Shown: positions 10,800 through 25,453 of the stretch, in pieces | Position numbering within the stretch: position 1 is the stretch's first letter | How the letters are laid out: every line of letters starts with the position of its first letter | NCBI RefSeq assembly: GCF_022045235.1 | Contig: NW_027266343.1 | Location: forward strand, 8,122,001 to 8,186,000 | From: Haliotis cracherodii | Lineage: Eukaryota | DNA: 64,000 bases | Reading direction: 5' to 3' | Notes under the pieces: generated by a model | The model's input: the letters and a program-made list of their open reading frames with translations, nothing else | Databases searched by the model: none | Told to the model about the DNA's origin: nothing | Made by a program: the position numbers and the translations under genes

Positions 10800-13133
10800 T
10801 CATATTGTGATTGTTTGTGAGCCAGAACCGAGGTCCACAATCCTTGCGCGTCTTTCGAGAGATATTCGTTTGCCTCCGGGACGGATGACGTCACAATGGA
10901 CAGAGTTTTGCAATGTGAGCTTGCCAGTCAAGATAGATACTGCAATGTCCGCTTGGCAAGATGCAATTTCAGAAAAGGTCTCGGGGTCATAGGTGATGGT
11001 GCAAACTGTTGGAAGATCGAAGAACACTGCCCTGAGAGCCCAACTTCCGTGATAAATTCTCATGATGCTTCCAGGAACATAGGCCTCGTCCGTGCATGTG
11101 ACTTGTACAGATCCTGTCGCACCCTTGATGACCATTATAGGATCTGGTTTCAGTGTTTGAACAGCCGATGCATCTGTTAGAAAATCCAAAGCGGTTTATT
11201 AGTTTATTAGACGACACATTATCTACACATTAGGAACAATGAAACAATATATAGTGGACGGTGTAATACAGTAGTGTCAGCGCTTTCTCTATAGCGTAAA
11301 CGCCAGAGAATAACCAGTCTCGATTATCTGCCGAATCAGATAACGAGAAGACACCAGGTGCTCAAGAATTTTCTTCCTTTTGACTTGTTATTTATTCCAT
11401 TTACAGCTGAAACATTGTCGAGCCATGTTAAATGTTAACCCACTTACTCAAGAACTAAAGCGATGAAGAAATTATTTTTTACAATTGCCAGGGTCCTGTT
11501 ACAAGAAGCGGTTTTGGCACTACGACTGTCGTAACCATATCCTCATTTAACATAAATTTAGGATAAATATATAAATATATATCATTGCTTTGTGGAAAGA
11601 AAAAATAATACTTACAGCACTGACTTACGACGTCAATACTTTATCAACATGGATATGTTCAGTTTAAAAGTTTCAAGGAACATTTCGTAAAAATATCTAA
11701 CAATAAACAGTGTCTTAGAAGCAGTTGTGAAAAATCATCTTCATTGAGAAACGTTGTCATTATGAGAATAAATGGGATTTTGTTCGCATTGGTGTTATAT
11801 TTTAGCTTGATTGAAAAGTTTAAAAGGGAAGTGTAAATATTACCCTGTGCAATGTAAAAAATGTGCTGAGATCCTAAACACAAACCTAAACACATATCTT
11901 GTCACATACTTTGGACGCGCTGAGTTAGAAGCTGAACATTTGTAAGGTCAAAATATGGGAAAGACCCGTATCTTAATCCCCAATATTATGCACTATATTT
12001 ACACGTGTATAAATACTAAACACATTCAGACACTTAACATGTTTAAATTCTAAACATTTTTAGTAATGAAACATATTTACAAATTGAATCTAAACATGTT
12101 TAGATTATGTTGATGTTGTGCTGAAGTGATGTTCAGGCTGTGAGACGAGATATCATTTCATGTGTTTAGACCCTAAACGTGATTAGATAGGACACACCAA
12201 ATGTGTATACCGTTCAGGACTTAAACACATTCTTAAACATGTTTAGATATAAACATGTACTTTATTTGTTTTCATTCTAAACATCTTTTACAATATTTGT
12301 CAATATGAGAACACTTACGTTTAAGAACGTGCACGTTATATTATAGCTAGCTTCAATAGCTAATGTCATCTAAAAGTGACAAGTGAAGTAGAAATATTCC
12401 CCTGCGTGCCGAGGATGATGAGAACACTTACTTTTAAGAACGTACACGTCGAGGAGGTGGGTCTGATCTGTGCTTCCTGTACCAATAACATGACAGAGGT
12501 AATATCCCGAAAGACCATTTGTGATGTTCTTGACTGTAGCAGTAGCCTCCACAGAACTGTCTTCAGGAATCTGGGGAATCACTGGACCTTGTTGTCTCCC
12601 AAGCCCTTGTTCTCTTGACCACATGGATTGCTCAAAGCAGGGGTTCGTGAAGAAGTAGCGTCCACAGGACAGGAATGTCCACTCCACTCTGTCATACTGC
12701 TCGCCCGGATGTAGAGTAACCGGGCACGTGAGTGTGACGTCATCACCGGATGTGAAGGAAAGTCTTGACTGCTCTATTGGGAGTAAATGATTGAACGAAG
12801 AGATAATTAATGGAATTTGGAATCTAAAGCTGGAATGTAAAGTTTGACTGGTCAAACTTTTCTTGTCCAGATTACCAACATGAAGCATGAATGAACTTAC
12901 TGACCTTCACAAAATCAAGCAAAAGACAACACACTTGCCAGCCAGTGACCACACATGATTAGAATCATTAGCATTTAAGTCTAGCTCAATGTAATTTTTA
13001 AGATATTATTGTTGAGTCCGATGTTAAGAATATATACTGAATAGTACGCACCGTAAGAGTCTGGCAGGAAACTCAACTGTTCCGTGACCATGGGCAGACA
13101 CAGGAGAACGACGGCCAGTCCAGTGAGGGTCAT
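10800..13133 (-). CDS. Secreted two-Ig-domain protein, copy 2 (265 aa); exons 13052-13133, 12432-12773, 10800-11173
   Basis: Same exon sizes (82/342/374 nt), canonical GT/AG sites and an open frame. Intron 1 is 278 nt and intron 2 is 1258 nt. Confidence 0.85.
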
Positions 13134-14948
13134 CTTGGATTTGCTGCAGTGTCCCACCGTCTTGTGTTTAAATCTCCTCCTTGTATTTACATGACACACT
13201 GACCTATCTTCAAAACAAATATATTTGCCCTAATCACCGTCACACCATGGTAAGTAACTATAACACTCCTTGGGTAAATCGTTAAACGTTTTAAAGTAGG
13301 TGCAATGGGGTTATACCTATTGCTACCTTTGGCATACCAGAAGCTTAAGACTGTAAGCACGAAACCCAGATTCGCCTGGATTATGTTTCTAGGTTTTTCA
13401 GCAGCATACCAGTGCTCGTGGGTTTCACCAAACTTTATTTTTAAAAATAAGACCTATATAATGGCTAAGGCTTCTTCATGTGTCACTTAACCTTTTTGGT
13501 CACACTGTGGTCATCTTCCTCTTTCTATAAAATATAGACGGTAACTGAAGGTGAGGTGAAATGGGGTTTAACGTCGCGTCCAAGATTATTGCACTTATTT
13601 GGCGACGTGCATCTACGTGTGTGTGTTTGTGTGTGTGTGTGTGGCTGCTTGTACTAGTCCGGACATATGCCGATTTATAGTGCTGGCTCACTGAGATACC
13701 ATGCCGCAGTTTAACATGACACAGTACTGACTCCTATCCGACCAGTCCTTGTTTCAGCCCCTTAATGCCGAGCGCAAGAGAGGGTAACAACAAGTACCAT
13801 CTTTTAACGTCTTTTGGTATGACGCGGCTGGGGATCGAAACCCGAACCTTCCGCTCTCCGGGCGGACGCTGTACCATTAGACCACGGAGGCGGTCGTGAT
13901 ATAACTGAAATAGTGTTCCTAGTGGCAATCAGCCACACTTCTCACACTCGTACACTTCAGACATGTTCATGTGAAGGGTTCATCTCTTTTGCCACGAGGA
14001 ATCTATTTGTGCCAAGGTCATTTCCGACCATTTGCTGCTTATGAAAACGTCTTTTTATTACGAACGCCCAAGCGCTTTACTTACTTTTACAAACATTTTT
14101 CGCTTACATAATTGTAAGAATGGCGGGTGCTGTCGGCAGGGAAGGACATGCTTACCCTTTTCGCGAACACCTGGTGTCATCACTGATTTTCAGTGGTCCA
14201 TTCATATAATTGGCACAGCTATTTGCCCTTTATGCCAAGTGGAATGTGTTCGGCAGAAAATCTAGGCTGGATATTCTCTTGCATTGACAATTTATATTTA
14301 CTTGATGCCCCACACTTTGATAATGTCATCTCACTATTCCTGTAGATGGACCATTTTCTGTCATCACTGTTGCAACAGTGACCATCTCCCACGACGCATG
14401 TCCAGTATCATGGTAGTGTATGTATGAGGTCCATGAGGGCCAGACTGCGAAGATCCGGGTAGATAATAGGTCTTCGCAACCCATGCTAGCTTAAGAGGCG
14501 ACTATACTTGTCGTAAGAGGCGACTAACGGAATCGGGTGGTCAGGATGGCTGACTTGGTTGATGCATGTCATTGTATCATAATTGCGTAGATCGATGCTC
14601 ATGATGTCAATGACAGGATTGTCTGGTCCAGATTCGATTATTTACAGACCGCCGCCATATAGCTGGAAAATTGTTGAGTGCAACGTTAAACAAAAAACAA
14701 ACAAACAATCTAACGTCCAAGGACAAAGTGAAACCGCATTAACACAACTTGAAGATTTGATTGTAACTGTATGGTTCTGGTAGTGGACGCATGGATGAGT
14801 TAAACCAAAATATACTCTTAAAAAAGAAGAAGCGCACAGGTAGATTTTTAGTAAATTTATTGTACCTAATAAAGTCGATATATTTAATTTAATATCATAG
14901 ATACAAATATGAAATTTTGGAGCTCGATAGTCACATGTTTTCGTTGTA

Positions 14949-16264
14949 TATAGATAATTTATGTGCTCTCCTTTTTGCTGATGATGTTTCTGCTCTCTCA
15001 GATAGTTGTGCCCAGCTTCAAAAGAAAATTAATGCTTTGGAAATATTTTGTAATATAACAGGCATGCAAATTAACTTTAAAAAAACAAAAGTAATTGTAT
15101 TTAGGCAAGGTGGCCATCTTCGCAGGCAGTTATGAAAAGTGGTTTTATCATGGTGAACCTATTGAAACTGTTTCAAGCTATAGATATCTTGGCTTAATGT
15201 TTACACCTAAGCTTGTATGGAGTAAGGCACAAACTACTGTAGCATCCCAAGCCACCAAAACAATTTTAGCCATTAACTCTTTTCGAAGGAAAATTGGTAA
15301 TATCACTTGTACAGATCTGTTTAAGGTTTTTGATTCTATGGTCACCCCCATCTTAACCTATGGCTCTGAAATTTGGTGGACTTGCTATTGTAAAAAAATC
15401 GAATCTGTCCAAGTCACCTCTTGTAAGCATTATTTAAAAGTAAACAAATCAACCTGCTCAAATATGGTTTTATGGGAATGTGGGAGGTTTCCTTTACAAC
15501 TCACTTACATGACTAAAGTAATTAAATATTGGTGCAGGCTCTTACATCTTCAACCCCACAGATTACCCCCCCAATGCTATTTAATGCTTAAATCTTTAGA
15601 TGATGTTGGGCGGGTAACTTGGGCGACTAAAGTTAGAAATATTTTATTCCAATTTGGGTTTGGATTTTGTATGGCTCAATCAACAGTTGGGTGACTCTAA
15701 AGCTTTTATTCTCCATTTTAAGCAAAGGCTCAAAGATAATTTACAGCAATTCTGGAGTGCTTCTGTAAACTCTTCTCCAAAATGTGATCTTTATAAGCAT
15801 TTTAAATCAATGTTAAATGTTGAAAGGTACTTGTCATGTCCACTCCCTACCAATTTAAGAATTGCTTTTACTAAATTCAGATGTTTAAATTTTAAAATAG
15901 CTTTAGAAACTGGCAGATATAGTAAAACAGACCGTTCACTCAGATTCTGTAACTATTGTAGTAGTAAGGGAGTTAATGTCATTGAGGATGAATTCCATGT
16001 ACTCTTTTATTGTAATTTATATTCTGCCCTAAGACAAAAATACCTTGTTAATCTTCCTATGCCTACTCATTACAGTAATTCTCATGTGATAAATATTCTT
16101 AGTAATTATAATGAGCAAACATTATTTCTAGTTTGTAAATTCTTATATTATGCTCACAAAATAATTAATGATAAATTCTGTGCCCTGTAAATGTCATGCT
16201 CACATGTCTGTATTTTGGGCCATTGGCCTTTTACTGAATAAACATGTCTGTCTGTCTGTCTGTC
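14949..16264 (+). mobile_element. Same LINE fragment, unit 2
   Basis: Paralogous copy with an extra 4-nt insertion near 15125. Confidence 0.9.
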
Positions 16265-19200
16265 TGTTTTCGGTGTACAGAGGCATTGAAAACTGTTCAT
16301 TGTCATGTTACGTAAAGCCACAAGGTAGGTGGACCAGTCGAATGTAGCGATCCTGTGCAGGGGTGGTAACTCTTGGTCGGCCGGTTCTCGGACGGTCTGC
16401 AGTGGAATTGAACTGTGTGTATCGGTCACAAAGTCGACAAATAGTGCCATGGTGGACGTTGAAGTGGCGTGCAACAGAAGAACACTATTCCCCTCTTTGG
16501 ATACGTCCTATGACGATGTTCCGATCGGCAGCGCTGTGTCTCGGCATTTTCGAACTTGAAAAATGTTGACAACTGACTGACAAATTATTGGCTTATGCTT
16601 TCTTTTTTATAGCCACTACCACGAGTTACGAATGCGATAACTTGCACGTGCATTTTGCTTTATTGTTTTCTTCCATGACATTTTTCAACAAGTGTGAAAA
16701 CAATGCCGTTTAAAATGTTGCAAATCGACACCTTTGTCGAATTTTAGGCAACCAACAATAACATATATCCAATTTTTTGTGTAGCCAGGTTCAATGAACT
16801 GCATACTACCTGTGCGTTTCTTTTTTTGAAGAGTGTATGCTAAAGCATATTGTTGTTTCCCTGCCTGGCGCATCCGGGTGATAAAACTAGCTAGGGGATT
16901 TGCTGGGAGTCAGTATATTGTGTCTGAGTGGGGTATTCATGTTAAACTGCAGCTAGGTATCTTAGTAGGCTAGCACTATAAAACCGGCATTAGTCCGGAC
17001 TAATAGAAACAGCCACACACGTGCATGCATGTCACTAAAAAGTGCAATAATATTGAACGCGACATTAAACCCCATTTCACCTCACCTCGCCCTATAGGGT
17101 TAAGTTTAGTCGACTCTACGTTTGTCTCTGTAGTCTGATATATTTCAATGGGTCGAAGTACTTTCATGTGTCATTATAGGTAATAAGAACCCGGATTTAG
17201 TCTTTCTTTCTGATCAAATGACATATATAAGATCAATTGCTACTTTCAGCAGCAATATTTGATTGGACATATATTTCTTTGGGATTGATGAATAGCAGCA
17301 CCAACCAATTCTTATGCAGAAAATTAGTTTATATTTTCCTTAAAAAGGATGGACATGAATGCAATTTACTCTTGAACAACATACCACATTTTAGTATAAC
17401 TGTGTCATTATAAAAAAATTATAACAAAAGTAAGAGCGTTATTTATATGATTTTAACATTAAAGCTGATAGAAGGTTTGCCTCAAACAAAGATCAATTGA
17501 ATGAGAACGCATGTTGTAAATTATGCAACGAACGATTCCATGTGCATGTAATGGCACACTTAACTTTGGAGAGATATTGTGTCAACAAAGTCTCCGTGAT
17601 GTCGTTACCAACATGCCAAGACCTTAGAAAGCTCGCAATCCCCTCATATATCCAATTAGTCGGGTGAGTGTCATCTTGGATGTGCCCTGATCCCGAGATG
17701 TTTGACCTTTGATTGTTTACACAGCTCATGCCCATCTTCAGCATAGCTTAGCTTACCCTCTCGGGTAAGGTATTGGACGTTAATGAAACTAACCTCAACA
17801 AAGTTTTATTCCTTTGAACTCATACGGTCGATATATCCAGATACGTACCAACTCAACTTTCCGATGTGCCTCCTATCACTGCCAGGAAATGCTGGGAAAT
17901 GCCGAAATTACTATTCCAAAAAAGAAGGGGGTAGTGGGAATCGTCGAGGCATATCTCCTGATCTATATGGCATTGGCAAATGGAAATGATATGATCATAT
18001 CGGCTGGGGAGGAGACAATCACATCTAATGGTTGGTATGATGAGATGGTGGCGCAATGTGTTGTTACAGAGGTCGTGGGTCAAATTCGAAATTTGCATTT
18101 TGCAGCCAACGTAACTAAAATGTTTTTCAGACATGCGTGAATTCTTTGGAGCATGCCTCTTATGAGTCGACCAATGTCAGCTTGATTCACGCTGTTCCAC
18201 TCATCAGTGAGAACAACACCCAGTTATTGAGAGTGGTGGATGGATTTTGACGTCGACGTACACGTCTGCCATTGACGTCCCAGACCGTGTTCAATGAGGT
18301 AAAGGCCAGGCCAGAGTACTAGCCATGGCATCACATGGATGTTTTGCTGTTGGAGGAATTGGGTAACAAGCCTCTTACAGCAGTTGCCTGTTGCAACTGA
18401 TCCCTTATCTGAATGTCAGTTTGCAACCTATTTCTTAATGAAATCGTTCTGATTAATATGTCCTGGGCTGGAGTTGGTGCCCCTGGGCGTCCAGAGCGGC
18501 GTCGATCTGCTGACGACAGAATGAAACACACATGAAGCGATTGGGCAACACTATTCTGACGTGTGTCCACCTGCAACATGCCTATGGCACGTCAACGTTC
18601 AGCACTTGCACACGACGCAGGATCAATGCTATTTGTTCCTTAATAATTAAATGTCTTAATAAAGTGTCTCCGAGGGTTTGGTTCCAAGAAAACAATATGC
18701 GTCTACTCATAACCAAATATGAGTGACAACGGTAAATCAGGCCCATGCACGTGCTGTCCGAGGTCACGTTCTTCATGACTGTCACGATGTTGTGTTTGGG
18801 GGCTTGATTTCTTGGAAAATATTCCTGCCACATAAATCACTTACAGTAAACTAACGGTTATAACGAACTCGCTTATAACGAACTGACGGATATAACGAAC
18901 TTCCTTTTTGGTCCCGACTACTTGCTGTAGTCATGCTGTATATGTACTTATAACGAACTAGGTAATAACGAACTAAAATTAATAGTCCCTTTGAGTTCGT
19001 TATAACCGTACTTTACTGTACTTTCATTGCCAGACATTGGTGTATTTACCTGTAGTTTCACCTCTTAACAAATCAACCCTATGTGGTTGTGCATGGTTTG
19101 TGAAACTGATGCAAGTCCTACTAACCTGGACAGAGGAAAGACAAAAGATCGGATCCATCATACACGCAAAAGCCACTTCAAAATGAAAGCACGAACTTTA

Positions 19201-20168
19201 TATTGTCAGAGTGAGCAGGATTCGGCGAATATCTCTGAATGCTTATTTGTATTAAAAATTGATCAAGGTAACTGAAGGGTCAAACAGTATTTTGATCAAT
19301 ATTTTACAATATGTCTGGTCATAATGTCATTATATATAATCCGGGAAAAGTGAACCAGTGATTGCACAACAATTTTAAAAAATGCATAAGAAATAGTCAA
19401 ATTCATTTAGGCCTATGTAAATCTTTTTTACCTGCAATATTCATAATATGCAGTATTTTGCATCACGGACGTGGTTTGTTTCATGTTTGTTGCATCACGG
19501 ACGTGGTCTGTTTCATGTTTGTTTTGCATCACGGACGTGGGTTTTTTTCTGTTTGCTTTGCATCACGGACGTGGTTTGTTTCATGTTTGTTTTGCATCAC
19601 GGACGTGGTTTGTTTCATGTTTGTTGCATCACGGACCTGGTTTGTTTCATGTTTGTTTTGCATCACGGACGTGGTTTGTTTCATGTTTGTTTTGCATCAC
19701 GGACGTGGTTTGTTTCATGTTTGTTTTGCATCACGGACGTGGTCTGTTTCATGTTTGCTTTGCATCACGGACGTGGTCTGTTTCATGTTTGTTTTGCATC
19801 ACGGACGTGGTTTATTTCATGTTTTTGTTTGTTCCGCAATCATTGTGTTGTAAGACTTGGTTTTGCATTTAATTTTCATCATGTCTTATGGTATGATGGT
19901 AGGACGCCAAATAACTTCACCATGGCTTCGATTTCAGATCGTGCTTGCCCATTTACACAATTTCGAAGTTTGATGAAAGACGAATCACAATCATGTAGGT
20001 GGTAATTTAGCCACGTGGTTGATATCCCTGGACGCCAAATCAGCAATTTGCTGTTGATTGATCAGAAAGGGGAAACAAAAACACAAATTATTCTGCAATT
20101 TTTTTAATGATGCATCTATATATTGAAACATGTCAGATATCAAGCAGATATTCACCTGGTCCATGATA

Positions 20169-22502
20169 TCATATTGTGATTGTTTGTGAGCCAGAACCGA
20201 GGTCCACAATCCTTGCGCGTCTTTCGAGAGATATTCGTTTGCCTCCGGGACGGATGACGTCACAATGGACAGAGTTTTGCAATGTGAGCTTGCCAGTCAA
20301 GATGGATACTTCAATGTCCGCTTGGCAAGATGCAGTTTCAGAAAAGGTCTCGGGGTCATAGGTGATGGTGCAAACTGTTGGAAGATCGAAGAACACTGCC
20401 CTGAGAGCCCAACTTCCGTGATAAATTCTCATGATGCTTCCAGGAACATAGGCCTCGTCCGTGCATGTGACTTGTACAGATCCTGTCGCACCCTTGATGA
20501 CCATTATAGGATCTGGTTTCAGTGTTTGAACAGCCGATGCATCTGTTAGAAAATCCAAAGCGGTTTATTAGTTTATTAGACGACACATTATCTACACATT
20601 AGGAACAATGAAACAATATATAGTGGACGGTGTAATACAGTAGTGTCAGCGCTTTCTCTATAGCGTAAACGCCAGAGAATAACCAGTCTCGATTATCTGC
20701 CGAATCAGATAACGAGAAGACACCAGGTGCTCAAGAATTTTCTTCCTTTTGACTTGTTATTTATTCCATTTACAGCTGAAACATTGTCGAGCCATGTTAA
20801 ATGTTAACCCACTTACTCAAGAACTAAAGCGATGAAGAAATTATTTTTTACAATTGCCAGGGTCCTGTTACAAGAAGCGGTTTTGGCACTACGACTGTCG
20901 TAACCATATCCTCATTAAACATAAATTTAGGATACATATATAAATATATATCATTGCTTTGTGGAAAGAAAAAATAATACTTACAGCACTGACTTACGAC
21001 GTCAATACTTTATCAACATGGATATGTTCAGTTTAAAAGTTTCAAGGAACATTTCGTAAAAATATCTAACAATAAACAGTGTCTTAGAAGCAGTTGTGAA
21101 AAATCATCTTCATTGAGAAACGTTGTCATTATGAGAATAAATGGGATTTTGTTCGCATTGGTGTTATATTTTAGCTTGATTGAAAAGTTTAAAAGGGAAG
21201 TGTAAATATTACCCTGTGCAATGTAAAAAATGTGCTGAGATCCTAAACACAAACCTAAACACATATCTTGTCACATACTTTGGACGCGCTGAGTTAGAAG
21301 CTGAACATTTGTAAGGTCAAAATATGGGAAAGAACCGTACCTTAATCCCAAATATTATGCACTATATTTACACGTGTATAAATACTAAACACATTCAGAC
21401 ACTTAACATGTTTAAATTCTAAACATTTTTAGTAATGAAACATATTTACAAATTGAATCTAAACATGTTTAGATTATGTTGATGTTGTGCTGAAGTGATG
21501 TTCAGGCTGTGAGACGAGATATCATTTCATGTGTTTAGACCCTAAACGTGATTAGATAGGACACACCAAATGTGTATACCGTTCAGGACTTAAACACATT
21601 CTTAAACATGTTTAGATATAAACATGTACTTTATTTGTTTTCATTCTAAACATCTTTTACAATATTTGTCAATATGAGAACACTTACGTTTAAGAACGTG
21701 CACGTTATATTATAGCTTGCTTCAATAGCCATTGTCATCTAAAAGAGACAAGTGAAGTGGAAATATTCCCCTGCGTGCCGTGGATGATGAGAACACTTAC
21801 TTTTAAGAACGTACACGTCGAGGAGGTGGGTCTGATCTGTGCTTCCTGTACCAATAACATGGCAGAGGTAATATCCAGAAAGACCATTTGTGATGTTCTT
21901 GACTGTAGCAGTAGCCTCCACAGAACTGTCTTCAGGAATCTGGGGAATCACTGGACCTTGTTGTCTCCCAAGCCCTTGTTCTCTTGACCACATGGATTGC
22001 TCAAAGCAGGGGTTCGTGAAGAAGTAGCGTCCACAGGACAGGAATGTCCACTCCACTCTGTCATACTGCTCGCCCGGATGTAGAGTAACCGGGCACGTGA
22101 GTGTGACGTCATCACCGGATGTGAAGGAAAGTCTTGACTGCTCTATTGAGAGTAAATGATTGAACGAAGAGATAATTAATGGAATTTGGAATCTAAAGCT
22201 GGAATGTAAATTTTGACTGGTCAAACTATTCTTGTCCAGATTACCAACATGAAGCATGAATGAACTTACTGACCTTCACAAAATCAAGCAAAAGACAACA
22301 CACTTGCCAGCCAGTGACCACACATGATTAGAATCATTAGCATTTAAGTCTAGCTCAATGTATTTTTTAAGATATTATTGCTGAGTCCGATGTTAAGAAT
22401 ATATACTGAATAGTACGCACCGTAAGAGTCTGGCAGGAAACTCAACTGTTCCGTGACCATGGGCAGACACAGGAGAACGACGGCCAGTCCAGTGAGGGTC
22501 AT
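20169..22502 (-). CDS. Secreted two-Ig-domain protein, copy 3 (265 aa); exons 22421-22502, 21801-22142, 20169-20542
   Basis: Same exon sizes, splice sites and open frame as copy 2. Confidence 0.85.
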
Positions 22503-24137
22503 CTTGCATTTGCTGCAGTGTCCCAACGTCTTGTGTTTAAATCCCCTCCTGGTATTTACATGACACACTGACCTATCTTCAAAACAAATATATTTGTCCT
22601 AATCACAGTCACACCATGGTAAGTAACTATAACACTCCTTGGGTAAATTGTTTAACGTTTTAAAGTAGGTGCAATAGGGTTATACCTATTGCTACCTTTG
22701 GCATACCAGAAACTTAAGACCGTAAGCACGAAACCCAGATTCGCCTGGATTATGTTTCTAGGTTTTTCAGCAGCATACCGGTGCTCGTGGGTTTCACCAA
22801 ACTTTATTTTTAAAAATAAGACCTATATAACGGCTAAGGCTTCTTCATGTGTCACTTAACCTTTTTGGTCACACTGTGGTCATCTTCCTCTTTCTATAAA
22901 AAATAGACGGTTTTTAACGCTGTGATATAACTGAAGGTGAGGTGAAATGGGGTTTAACGTCGTGTCCAAGATTATTGCACTTATATAGCGACGTGCATCT
23001 ACGTGTGTGTGTTTGTGTGTGTGTGGCTGGGGATCGAGCCACGGACCTTCCGCTCTCCGGGCGGACGCTCTACCATTAGACCACGTTGGCGGTCGTGATA
23101 TAACTGAAATAGTGTTCCTAGTAGCAATCAGCCACACTTCTCACACTCGTACACTTCAGACATGTTCATGTGAAGGGTTCATCTCTTCTGCCACGAGGAA
23201 TCCATTTGTGCCAAGGTCATTTCCGACCATTTGCTGCTTATGAAAACGTCTTTTTATTACGAACGCCCAAGCGCTTTACTTACTTTTACAAACTTTTTTG
23301 GCTTACATAATTGTAAGAATGGCGGGTGCTGTCGGCAGGGAAGGACATGCTTACCCTTTTCGCGAACACCTGGTGTCATCACTGATTTTCAGTGGTCCAT
23401 TCATATAATTGGCACAGCTATTTGCCCTTTATGCCAAGTGGAATGTGTTCGGCAGAAAATTTAGGCTGGATATTCTCTTGCATTGACAATTTATATTTAC
23501 TTGATGCCCCAGACTTTGAAAATGTCGTCTCACTATTCCTGTAGATGGACCATTTTCTGTCAACACTGTTGCAACAGTGACCATCTCCCACGACGCATGT
23601 CCAGTATCATGGTAGTGTATGTATGAGGTCCATGAGGGCCAGACTGCGAAGATCCGGGTAGATAATAGGTCTTCGCAACCCATGCTAGCTTAAGAGGCGA
23701 CTATGCTTGTCGTAAAAGGCGACTAACGGGATCAGGTGGTCAGGCTGGCTGACTTGGTTGATGCATGTCATTGTATCATAATTGCGTAGATCGATACTCA
23801 TGATGTCAATGACAGGACTGTCTGGTCCAGATTCGATTATTTACAGACCGCCGCCATATAGCTGGAAAATTGTTGAGTGCAACGTTAAACAAAAAACAAA
23901 CAAACAATCTAACGTCCAAGGACAAAGTGAAACCGCATTAACACAACTTGAAGATTTGATTGTAACTGTATGGTTCTGGTAGTGGACGCATGGATGAGTT
24001 AAACCAAAATATACTCTTAAAAAAGAAGAAGCGCACAGGTAGATTTTAGTAAATTTATTATTATAGATATATTTTATTTAATATCATAGATACAAATATG
24101 AAATTTTGGAGCTCGATAGTCACATGTTTTCGTTGTA

Positions 24138-25453
24138 TATAGATAATTTATGTGCTCTTCTTTTTGCTGATGATGTTTCTGCTCTCTCAGATAGTTGTGC
24201 CCAGCTTCAAAAGAAAATTAATGCTTTGGAAATATTTTGTAATAAAACAGGCATGCAAATTAACTTTAAAAAAACAAAAGTAATTGTATTTAGGCAAGGT
24301 GGCCATCTTCGCAGTTATGAAAAGTGGTTTTATCATGGTGAACCTATTGAAACTGTTTCAAGCTATAGATATCTTGGCTTAATGTTTACACCTAAGCTTG
24401 TATGGAGTAAGGCACAAACTACTGTAGCATCCCAAGCCACCAAAACAATTTTAGCCATTAACTCTTTTCGAAGGAAAATTGGTAATATCACTTGTACAGA
24501 TCTGTTTAAGGTTTTTGATTCTATGGTCACCCCCATCTTAACCTATGGCTCTGAAATTTGGTGGACTTGCTATTGTAAAAAAATCGAATCTGTCCAAATC
24601 ACCTCTTGTAAGCATTATTTAAAAGTAAACAAATCAACCTGCTCAAATATGGTTTTAGGGGAATGTGGGAGGTTTCCTTTACAACTCACTTACATGACTA
24701 AAGTAATTAAATATTGGTGCAGGCTCTTACATCTTCAACCCCACAGATTACCTTCCCAATGCTATTTAATGCTTAAATCTTTAGATGATGTTGGGCGGGT
24801 AACTTGGGCGACTAAAGTTAGAAATATTTTATTCCAGTTTGGGTTTGGATTTTGTATGGCTCAATCAACAGGTGGGTGACTCTAAAGCTTTTATTCTCCA
24901 TTTTAAGCAAAGGCTCAAAGATAATTTACAGCAATTCTGGAGTGCTTCTGTAAACTCTTCTCCAAAATGTGATCTTTATAAGCATTTTAAATCCATGTTA
25001 AATGTTGAAAGGTACTTGTCATGTCCACTCCCTACCCATTTAAGTATTGCTGTTACTAAATTCAGATGTTCAAATTTTAAAATAGCTTTAGAAACTGGCA
25101 GATATAGTAAAACAGACCGTTCACTCAGATTCTGTAACTATTGTAGTAGTAAGGGAGTTAATGTCATTGAGGATGAATTCCATGTACTCTTTTATTGTAA
25201 TTTATATTCTGCCCTAAGACAAAAATACCTTGTTAATCTTCCTATGCCTACTCATTACAGTAATTCTCATGTGATAAATATTCTTAGTAATTATAATGAG
25301 CAAACATTATTTCTAGTTTGTAAATTCTTATATTATGCTCACAAAATAATAAATGATAAATTCTGTGCCCTGTAAATGTCATGCTCACATGTCTGTATTT
25401 TGGGCCATTGGCCTTTTATTGAATAAACATGTCTGTCTGTCTGTCTGTCTGTC
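24138..25453 (+). mobile_element. Same LINE fragment, unit 3
   Basis: Paralogous copy with the same frameshift and TSD. Confidence 0.9.
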
